This document shows positions 57,163 to 64,000 of a DNA stretch of 64,000 nt, piece by piece. The DNA comes from Patescibacteria group bacterium (GTDB lineage: Bacteria; Patescibacteriota; Patescibacteriia; Magasanikbacterales; JBBTQS01). The stretch lies in assembly GCA_038065555.1 (NCBI GenBank), contig JBBTQS010000001.1, positions 64,741 to 128,740 of the forward strand, written 5' to 3'. The notes beneath the pieces were generated by a model. That model saw only the letters and a program-made list of their open reading frames with translations. It was not told where the DNA came from and made no database searches. Numbering within the stretch: position 1 is the first letter of the stretch; the number at the start of each line of letters is the position of its first letter. The position numbers were made by a program, and so were the translations under genes.

Positions 57163-58176
57163 ATGACAGACACGACAGGTTTTGAAAAAAAGAACGTTAT
57201 TGTATTTGGTGGTGCAGGATTTATCGGCTCCAATCTCTGCGAGCGACTCCTCAAGGATGCAAAAGTAATTTGTGTTGATGATCTCTCGGGCGCAACGAGC
57301 AAGAATATTGAGCATCTCATGCAGTTCGAGGATTTTGAATTCCTCAAGCATGATATTAATGAGCCACTTGATCTCACGCAATATCCAGAACTCGAGAAGT
57401 TCAAGGTCAAGTTCCAAGGCATCCAAGAAATCTATAATTTCGCATGTCCCACAAGTGCGAAGAATTTCGAGCAGTACAAGTTGCAGACATTGCGCACCAA
57501 TAGCGTCGGTGTGATCAACACACTCGAAGTAGCGCGTGCGTATAATGCAAAGTATGTGTATGCGTCATCGGCGGTAGTGTATGGACCTCGACGCGACGGA
57601 GATACAACGTGCGATGAGACTACAGAAGGCAGCATGGATCATTTGTCGGCTCGCGCGTGCTATGACGAAGGCAAGCGATTTGGCGAAACGTGCGTCACCA
57701 CGTATGCACAAGTCCACGGATTGGAAGCAAAGATTGCGCGCATCTTCCGTACCTATGGTCCGCGCGAGAAATTGTTTGATGCACAGATGGTGCCTGACTT
57801 CATTACCGCTGCGTTGGGAAATGAAGATATTGTGATTTATGGTGATGAGTCGTTCTCGTCGTCGCTGATTTATGTCTCTGATGTGGTTGATGGTGTGATG
57901 CGTCTCATGAAGGCGCCAGCGACCATTGGACCAGTGAACTTCGGTGGGGAAGAGGATCTCAAGATGGTTGATGTTGCCAACATGGTTATTGCGATGACGA
58001 ATTCTACGTCGGTGGTTCGGTATGAGCCGTCGCTCATCTTCACCAGTCCGTTGTGTCTTCCGTCGATCCAGAAGGCCAAGGAGCAGCTCGGCTGGTTGCC
58101 ACTGGTCCGATTGCAAGACGGATTGCTCAAGACCATTGACTACACCATTGCGCACAAGCAAATGATGGGACTCTAG
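57163..58176 (+). CDS. UDP-glucuronate decarboxylase (UDP-xylose synthase, UXS)
   Basis: FGGAGFIGSNL Rossmann and YDEGKR catalytic motif. Confidence 0.7.
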   Translation: MTDTTGFEKKNVIVFGGAGFIGSNLCERLLKDAKVICVDDLSGATSKNIEHLMQFEDFEFLKHDINEPLDLTQYPELEKFKVKFQGIQEIYNFACPTSAKNFEQYKLQTLRTNSVGVINTLEVARAYNAKYVYASSAVVYGPRRDGDTTCDETTEGSMDHLSARACYDEGKRFGETCVTTYAQVHGLEAKIARIFRTYGPREKLFDAQMVPDFITAALGNEDIVIYGDESFSSSLIYVSDVVDGVMRLMKAPATIGPVNFGGEEDLKMVDVANMVIAMTNSTSVVRYEPSLIFTSPLCLPSIQKAKEQLGWLPLVRLQDGLLKTIDYTIAHKQMMGL

Positions 58177-58180
58177 TACT

Positions 58181-58855
58181 ATGCACGAGGTATATGTTGT
58201 CATGCCATGTTACAACGAAGGGGCAGTCCTTGCCTCGGTGTTAGAGCACGTGACAACACACGTACCTGCAACGTCTGTGATCGTTGTTAATGACGGGAGT
58301 AGTGATACTTCGGCAGTCATTGCGCGCGAGTCAGGAGTGCATTTGGTTGAGCATCGTATTAATCGCGGACTTGGCGCGGCGCTCAAGACAGGTATTGATT
58401 TGGCGTTGGCATTGGGTGCGAAGGTTGTGGTGACATTTGACGCAGATGGACAACATCACGGCGAAGACATTGCGCGATTGGCAGATGCAGTTCGTCAGGG
58501 TGCTGATATGGTCATTGGGTCCCGTAATCTCGATCGTCAGAACATGCCTTGGTATCGTCGCGTGTACAACAATCTCGGCAATGTCGTCACTTGGGGGATG
58601 CACGGTGCATGGGTGAGCGATAGTCAGTCTGGTTTGCGCGCATTTCGTCGTGAAGCGATAGAGCAAATGCGTATTCGCGCCAACCGAATGGACGTGTCAT
58701 CTGAATTTGTGAAGGAAGCGCATCGTCTGCGCATGCAGTTAGTCGAAATCCCTGTGCGCCCGGTGTATACCGAGTATTCACTGAGCAAGGGCCAGAGCTT
58801 CGCAGGAGGTGTGAAGACACTTGTAACCATGGCTATTCGCCTGAACATGGATTGA
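58181..58855 (+). CDS. GT2 polyprenol-phosphate glycosyltransferase
   Basis: VVMPCYNE...VVNDGSSD GT-A DxD region. Confidence 0.75.
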   Translation: MHEVYVVMPCYNEGAVLASVLEHVTTHVPATSVIVVNDGSSDTSAVIARESGVHLVEHRINRGLGAALKTGIDLALALGAKVVVTFDADGQHHGEDIARLADAVRQGADMVIGSRNLDRQNMPWYRRVYNNLGNVVTWGMHGAWVSDSQSGLRAFRREAIEQMRIRANRMDVSSEFVKEAHRLRMQLVEIPVRPVYTEYSLSKGQSFAGGVKTLVTMAIRLNMD

Positions 58856-58856
58856 T

Positions 58857-59204
58857 ATGACTGTGGGATTAGTTCAAATACTTTTTACAATCATTGCGGT
58901 ACTCGCATTAGTGCGTATTGTGCGTCGGGGGACTGCGCGACATCTGTCGTTGCCGCTCACTGTCGTTGCTGCTGTGGTCTGGGTGTGCGTGTTAGTATTC
59001 ACCTGGGCGCCAACACTCTTGGATCGTGTGGCAGAAGTGGTAGGTGTGGGGCGTGGTGTTGATACTGCAGTTTATTTTTCGATACTGTTGTTGCTGTATC
59101 TTGTATTTCGCGTTTTTGTGCGCCTGGAGCACATGGAAGATCAGTTGACGCGGCTCACTCGCGAAGACGCCATTCACCAGTATCATGCCAAGAAAAAAGA
59201 ATAG
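58857..59204 (+). CDS. DUF2304 small membrane protein
   Basis: three TM helices; usual GT2 neighbour. Confidence 0.5.
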   Translation: MTVGLVQILFTIIAVLALVRIVRRGTARHLSLPLTVVAAVVWVCVLVFTWAPTLLDRVAEVVGVGRGVDTAVYFSILLLLYLVFRVFVRLEHMEDQLTRLTREDAIHQYHAKKKE

Positions 59205-60390
59205 TGTACGTCCGGACACTGTCGATGCATCGCGCTCGCTGCGAGTTGCAATTATTACCTGTGTGTATCCGCCATATCGTGGGGGAATGGGGGCTGTGGC
59301 TCATGCACACGCGCAGGAGCTAGCGCGGCGTGGGCATCAGGTTCGTGTGATAACGCCGCAGTATGATCGTGGGCAGCACAATCGTGTGGAGGATGGTGTG
59401 CGTGTTGAATACCGCGTGCCTGTTTTTTCGTACGGTAATTCGGGACGTATTCCGGTGGAAGATGTGTTCCAAGAGAGTGATGTAGTCCATCTCCATTTCC
59501 CGTTCTACTTCACTGCGGAGATGTGTGCGCAGTGGGCGAAGAAATATCCAGCAGTTCGGTTCGTGGTTACGTATCATATGGATCCGACTGCCAGCGGATT
59601 GAAAGGGTGGTATTTCCGTTGGTATCGCGCATGGATTACGCCGCGAGTATTGCGCGCCTCGTCTGCAATCTTTGTGAGTAGTCGTGCATATGCTGCATCC
59701 ACCAGTTCGGCAGCACTTTTCCAGGAGTTGGCTGATCGTGTGGTAGAGGCTCCTTTTGGTGTGGATCAAAAGCGGTTTCATCCACGCGATGGGGGAGAAG
59801 CGTCGTGGGCGTTGTTGGCATCTGTTGGATTGTCACCTGCAAAGTGTACGGTGCTCTTCGTGGGAGGTATGGACCACGCACATGCATTCAAGGGAGTGCC
59901 GGTCTTGCTGGAAGCAGTGCGATCGCTGCCAGATGGCGTGCAGCTTGTCCTGATTGGAGATGGTGCACTGCGCGCATCGTACGAACGCCTCGCTGCAAAG
60001 TGGCGTATTACTGATCGTGTTCGATTTGTGGGGAACCAGTCTGCAGATTCACTCGCGCAGTGGTATCGTGCAGTGCAAATACTTGTGCTTCCTTCGGTCT
60101 CGCGTGGCGAAGCATTTGGATTGGTGTTGTTAGAAGCAATGGCGAGTGATGTCGCGTGCATTGCAAGTGATCTCGCGGGTGTTCGCCAAGTACTTGATGA
60201 TGGACGTGCTGGCGTGATTGTTGCACCGCGTGACGCTCGAGCACTTGCAGCTGCTATTGGTCAGCTCTATCGTGATCCGAGTGCACGTGCGGCGCTTGTG
60301 GCACATGCATCGGCCCGTGTGCGACGGTTGTACACATGGGAGCGCATGGTGGATCTGTACATGATGTGGTATACTCGCAGCATCAGGTAA
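59185..60390 (+). CDS. GT4 glycosyltransferase
   Basis: C-terminal EAFGLVLLEAMAS motif. Confidence 0.75.
   Translation: MPRKKNSVRPDTVDASRSLRVAIITCVYPPYRGGMGAVAHAHAQELARRGHQVRVITPQYDRGQHNRVEDGVRVEYRVPVFSYGNSGRIPVEDVFQESDVVHLHFPFYFTAEMCAQWAKKYPAVRFVVTYHMDPTASGLKGWYFRWYRAWITPRVLRASSAIFVSSRAYAASTSSAALFQELADRVVEAPFGVDQKRFHPRDGGEASWALLASVGLSPAKCTVLFVGGMDHAHAFKGVPVLLEAVRSLPDGVQLVLIGDGALRASYERLAAKWRITDRVRFVGNQSADSLAQWYRAVQILVLPSVSRGEAFGLVLLEAMASDVACIASDLAGVRQVLDDGRAGVIVAPRDARALAAAIGQLYRDPSARAALVAHASARVRRLYTWERMVDLYMMWYTRSIR
60367..60375 (+). promoter_or_regulatory. extended -10 box TGGTATACT inside the GT4 3' end, upstream of DoxX copy 3
   Basis: recurring 9-mer about 37 nt before ATG 60412. Confidence 0.3.
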
Positions 60391-60411
60391 TATTTATTTA
60401 GTTCATTTTGT

Positions 60412-60819
60412 ATGCCAGAATTGTATGTGAGCGTTTCGCTCCTCATGGTACGTGTCATGTTGGGCATTATATTCATGGCTCATGGATACCCAAAGATTTT
60501 TGATCGCAAGTTCGCGCTCGCGACTGCGAAGTTTTTCAAAACATTGCGTGTTCCAGCTCCACGGTTCTTCACCTTCTTGGTAGGATTCATCGAGCTTTTC
60601 GGTGGTGTGATGCTCTTCATCGGACTTTTCGGTCAGGTCTGGGCATTCCTTCTCGCGATGATCATGGTGGTCGCCATTGCGCTCACTGGAAATCAGAAGG
60701 GGTTCAAGGGTGGATATGAATTCGAGTTGCTTATCTTCGTGTGTGGTCTCATGTTGTTCCTTCTCGGAGATGGCATGTACTCGCTCACGTTCCTTATCTC
60801 GCACTTCAACTTGTTCTAA
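60412..60819 (+). CDS. DoxX-family membrane protein (copy 3)
   Basis: DoxX four-TM layout. Confidence 0.55.
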   Translation: MPELYVSVSLLMVRVMLGIIFMAHGYPKIFDRKFALATAKFFKTLRVPAPRFFTFLVGFIELFGGVMLFIGLFGQVWAFLLAMIMVVAIALTGNQKGFKGGYEFELLIFVCGLMLFLLGDGMYSLTFLISHFNLF

Positions 60820-60825
60820 GTAGAG

Positions 60826-60862
60826 CACAAAAAACCGCACACTCGAGTGTGCGGTTTTTTGT
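60826..60862. terminator. bidirectional rho-independent terminator
   Basis: aaaaa-ccgcacac-tcga-gtgtgcgg-tttttt. Confidence 0.7.
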
Positions 60863-60874
60863 TATTCGACGAGA

Positions 60875-62182
60875 TTATTGTGTTGCGCGAAGAAGTTTGG
60901 TGAGCTCCTCTCGTACAACGGTGCGATCGTCCCATGGAGAAGATTTGCCGCCGATAACAATGGATTGCTCCGCGCCTTTTCCGGTGATGGCGACGAGATC
61001 GCCTGGCTGTGCGAGGGAGAGTGCTTTTGCAATACCGCTGCGGCGGTCTTCGATGACGAAGAGGTTTTGGTCTCGGACTTTGCCTGTAGCCTCAGCTGCG
61101 CGTGCGATGTCTTCACAAATAGGTGTTGGATCGTCTTCGTATGGATCGACGTTGCTTACTACAACATAATCAGCGAGACGTCCTACCTGTTCGCCCATGA
61201 TGGGTCGTTTTGTTTTGTCTCTTCCGCCGCCTTCGGCTCCGAGAAGGATAATGATGCGTTGATCTGCTGACGTGCGCATTGCGCGCAATGTCTCGAGCAG
61301 TCCGCCCATGGATTCTTTTTCGTGTGCGTAGTCTACCCACAGGGAGAATGATTGCTGCATGTCGATCTTCTCCATGCGTCCTGGGACGCCAGCAAGCGCC
61401 GCAATACCTGGCGCACATTGCTCGAGTGAGAGTCCGAGCGCGCGTCCGACAGCCACAGCGGCAACGGCATTGCTCACATTGAAAAATCCTGGGATTTGGA
61501 GAGTGAATGGTGTTGTGTTGATGCGAAATGTTCCTCCTGTTGCCGTCACCTGAATGTCAGCTGCAGCAAGATCTGCAGGGGCTCCAGTGGAATAGGTGAC
61601 ACGTCGCTGCGGGGATGCTGCAGCAAATGCTGCTACCTCTGGACTGTCATTATTGAGCACTGCACAGGGAGCAGATTTGCTCGAGCTCTTGAGCGCTTCG
61701 AACAATCGCAACTTCGCTGCACGATATTCGTCGAACGAATTGTTGTGGGACGGCAAATGCTCTGGCGTCAGATTGGTGAATGTGGCTACATCGAATTGGA
61801 TACCCGTGTGACGCCACTGCTTGAGCCCTTCAGAGGTAACTTCGATCACAGCGTGGGTGCATCCCTCTGTAACGGCGCGGCGGAGGAACTTTTGTATGAC
61901 CCATGCACCTGGCATGGAGAGGTGGTAAGGGTTGAGTGTCTCAACAGTGCCCAGACGAAAGTTGGCTGTTCCAGTGAGCGCTGTCTTCTTGCCGGAGGAT
62001 TGGAGTACAGACCAGATATAATTGCAGGTCGTGGATTTGCCCTTGGTGCCTGTGACACCGATTACGACCAATTGGCGCGAGGGATTGCCGTACCAGCTGC
62101 TTGCAATGGACGCGGAGAGTTGGTGGTAGCGTAGCAAGGCCGAAGACGGAATGATTTTGCGAATGGAAGATTTGAGTGACAT
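60875..62182 (-). CDS. Mur ligase family protein (MurE-like UDP-MurNAc-tripeptide ligase)
   Basis: VIGVTGTKGKSTT P-loop; FTNLTPEHL...FDEYRAAKLRLFE. Confidence 0.65.
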   Translation of the reverse strand: MSLKSSIRKIIPSSALLRYHQLSASIASSWYGNPSRQLVVIGVTGTKGKSTTCNYIWSVLQSSGKKTALTGTANFRLGTVETLNPYHLSMPGAWVIQKFLRRAVTEGCTHAVIEVTSEGLKQWRHTGIQFDVATFTNLTPEHLPSHNNSFDEYRAAKLRLFEALKSSSKSAPCAVLNNDSPEVAAFAAASPQRRVTYSTGAPADLAAADIQVTATGGTFRINTTPFTLQIPGFFNVSNAVAAVAVGRALGLSLEQCAPGIAALAGVPGRMEKIDMQQSFSLWVDYAHEKESMGGLLETLRAMRTSADQRIIILLGAEGGGRDKTKRPIMGEQVGRLADYVVVSNVDPYEDDPTPICEDIARAAEATGKVRDQNLFVIEDRRSGIAKALSLAQPGDLVAITGKGAEQSIVIGGKSSPWDDRTVVREELTKLLRATQ

Positions 62183-62212
62183 AGATACTCGTATGCTACG
62201 TGAGAGTCAGCG

Positions 62213-63994
62213 CTAGCGCAACTCACCAGGAGTGGTGATTGGGTAGACTGTGGCTGATGGCTCAGCGGCAATGACTTGCTTGCCAAGTGCCTCAATACTG
62301 CTCGATTCTGCAAGACGTGATCGGTAGAGGAGTCCGCCGAATCTCGTTCGAGTAACGCGATGCATTGCTGCAACGAATACTGCGTCGTTGGTTGTGGTTC
62401 GCGCAGGCACACGCCACAGTCGCAGCACCATTCGCTCGCGGGAGCGCCAGCGTTCAGGGAGTGCTTGTTCGTAACTCACTTCTTGTGGAGTATTGTTCCA
62501 GAAGAGATATCCAACAGGTGCGTGTTCGTAGCGCTCGCGGCGTACATGTGCTGCGCTCATGCGTGCAAGAGATGCAGAAGAAACGGTATCGCTGCGCATC
62601 CAGCCGAGTGTTCGAAGCGCGGTATCGATGTGCACTAATTCAGGCACAGTGAACACGAGTTGGATGGATCCACGAGCCTCTCCTAACAATGATTGGGTGA
62701 GCAGTGGATACTGTGTAGTGACAAAAGCGCGCGCGTTCTCGGCAGGAATGAAAATCTGTGATGGTCGCACATCAGCGAATGTGATCTCTGGGTGGTACCA
62801 AGATGCAAGAGTAGCAAATGACGCGATCCAGAAAATAACAATGACAGCACAGGTTGCATGCGCGTATCGAACAATTGGCTTTCCTCCCATCCGGTATGCT
62901 CCAAAAGTCTGAGCCCATGCGATCCCGAGCGTGAGCCAGAATCCGGCGATGAGATATCCAGCGAGTACATCACGTGTATAGTGAACGCCGAGGTACAATC
63001 GGCTGAATCCAACAAGGGCAACCAGGAGTGCTGCTCCTGCGATATGCTGCACCTTGCGCTGCCATGATGTGGTCTGGCTCACGAGAATGAATGCCAAGAA
63101 GCCGTAGATCGCGAGGATAATCGTGGAATGACCACTTGGAAACGAATACGTGGTCTCGAGATAGCTCGCGTGGAGTGATCGTGGACGTTCAATGAGATAT
63201 TTGAACAAGGTGCTCGTTGCAATCGCGCCAACGACGGTAATGAGAAATGGGATGATGTATCGACGGCGTTGGTAGAGAGCAAGGAGTGTGATGATTACTA
63301 GGATGGTGAGTGCAGCAAAAATATCCTTCCCAAGCATGGTGACGCCAACAAAAAATGTTGCAAGACGCGTATCTCGAAAAAGGAGCAGCAAATTCTCAAC
63401 GCGGTAATCAATAGAGCCAATGAACGACTGATGCATCACGCCGTACAAACACCAAGTGAACAATCCAGTACACGTGACGAGTATGCTCCAAAAAAGAACC
63501 TGTCGTGCCAGTGCACCATGTCGTTGTCCGTACGCATGCCAATACGGTGCGAGCGAATCGATCGCGCGAGCAAGTACGTGTGCTGCCCACAAGAACAACG
63601 CAACGAGTCCAATAAGTGAAAAGGTCAGCAATCCCGCGCGCGTAGTCCATGTGCCGAGCACACGCCAGAGATTCCCGAAGATGACGCCTGCAAAAATGAA
63701 TGACACAGCCCACGCAATGGCAGACACGACATTCCAAAACATGAACGTGCGCATCGGCATGCGCGTCATGCCAGCAAAAAACGGAACAATCGCGCGAACG
63801 ACTCCTACAAATCGCGCTGCGAGAATACTGATCGATCCGTATCGTTGCATGAAGACCTCGGCACGAGCAATGTGCTCTGGTTTGATGAGGCGTGCTAGGG
63901 CTGCAGTACTCGAGCGTTTGCCCAATGAGTAGCTGAGACTATCTCCTGCTATTGCGCCGATTACAGCCGCAAGAATGGTGAGCGTGGGGTCCAA
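62213..63994 (-). CDS. bifunctional DedA-family/PAP2-phosphatase fusion protein with extra C-terminal domain
   Basis: DedA N-terminal half (GDSLSYSLGKR...); PAP2 motifs (KxxxxxxRP-like, SFPSGHS, SRLYLGVHYTRD); about 200 aa C-terminal extension. Confidence 0.65.
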   Translation of the reverse strand: MDPTLTILAAVIGAIAGDSLSYSLGKRSSTAALARLIKPEHIARAEVFMQRYGSISILAARFVGVVRAIVPFFAGMTRMPMRTFMFWNVVSAIAWAVSFIFAGVIFGNLWRVLGTWTTRAGLLTFSLIGLVALFLWAAHVLARAIDSLAPYWHAYGQRHGALARQVLFWSILVTCTGLFTWCLYGVMHQSFIGSIDYRVENLLLLFRDTRLATFFVGVTMLGKDIFAALTILVIITLLALYQRRRYIIPFLITVVGAIATSTLFKYLIERPRSLHASYLETTYSFPSGHSTIILAIYGFLAFILVSQTTSWQRKVQHIAGAALLVALVGFSRLYLGVHYTRDVLAGYLIAGFWLTLGIAWAQTFGAYRMGGKPIVRYAHATCAVIVIFWIASFATLASWYHPEITFADVRPSQIFIPAENARAFVTTQYPLLTQSLLGEARGSIQLVFTVPELVHIDTALRTLGWMRSDTVSSASLARMSAAHVRRERYEHAPVGYLFWNNTPQEVSYEQALPERWRSRERMVLRLWRVPARTTTNDAVFVAAMHRVTRTRFGGLLYRSRLAESSSIEALGKQVIAAEPSATVYPITTPGELR

Positions 63995-64000
63995 GTATCC

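Noticed and set aside
1-64000. CRISPR arrays or rRNA genes
   Set aside because: No regularly spaced direct repeats and no rRNA-like conserved stretches were seen anywhere in the window.

Overview
High-GC bacterial chromosomal segment of 64 kb, densely coding on both strands with no rRNA and no CRISPR. Recognisable housekeeping genes are the infC-rpmI-rplT operon, ftsE-ftsX, ribE, msrA, dusB, tdk, bcp, a Mur ligase, a P-type cation ATPase, and four tRNAs (Lys-TTT on the minus strand; Gly-CCC, Thr-CGT and Gln-TTG on the plus strand). From 49.5 to 60.4 kb there is a surface-glycan locus with a UDP-xylose branch: phosphoglucose/phosphomannose isomerase (PGI/PMI), UDP-glucose 6-dehydrogenase, an epimerase, a sugar phosphotransferase, UDP-glucuronate decarboxylase (UDP-xylose synthase, UXS), a family-2 glycosyltransferase (GT2), a DUF2304 protein and a family-4 glycosyltransferase (GT4). 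Many paralog sets are present: four HAD hydrolases, three DoxX proteins, two peptidoglycan-binding-like proteins, and two AlaRS-like proteins. The most unusual locus is at 20.4-26.3 kb. A truncated alaS-like gene (aminoacylation plus tRNA-recognition core only) is divergently transcribed from a translationally coupled operon encoding an aldo/keto reductase, an SPL-like radical SAM enzyme and a second, strongly diverged AlaRS catalytic-domain paralog. The locus lies just downstream of a low-GC islet inserted after tRNA-Gln. Other non-coding oddities are a roughly 150 bp element with 23 bp terminal inverted repeats after tRNA-Gly, a tRNA-Thr acceptor-stem minihelix duplicated in the tRNA-Thr leader, a 27 bp perfect palindrome between convergent genes, and a recurring extended -10 box TGGTATACT placed 6-20 nt from start codons, which implies leaderless or very short-leader mRNAs. 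Coordinates of internal start codons were derived frame-consistently from the ORF track. tRNA, hairpin and promoter coordinates were read by eye and may be off by 1-2 nt. All functional calls are from motif recognition by eye, not database searches.
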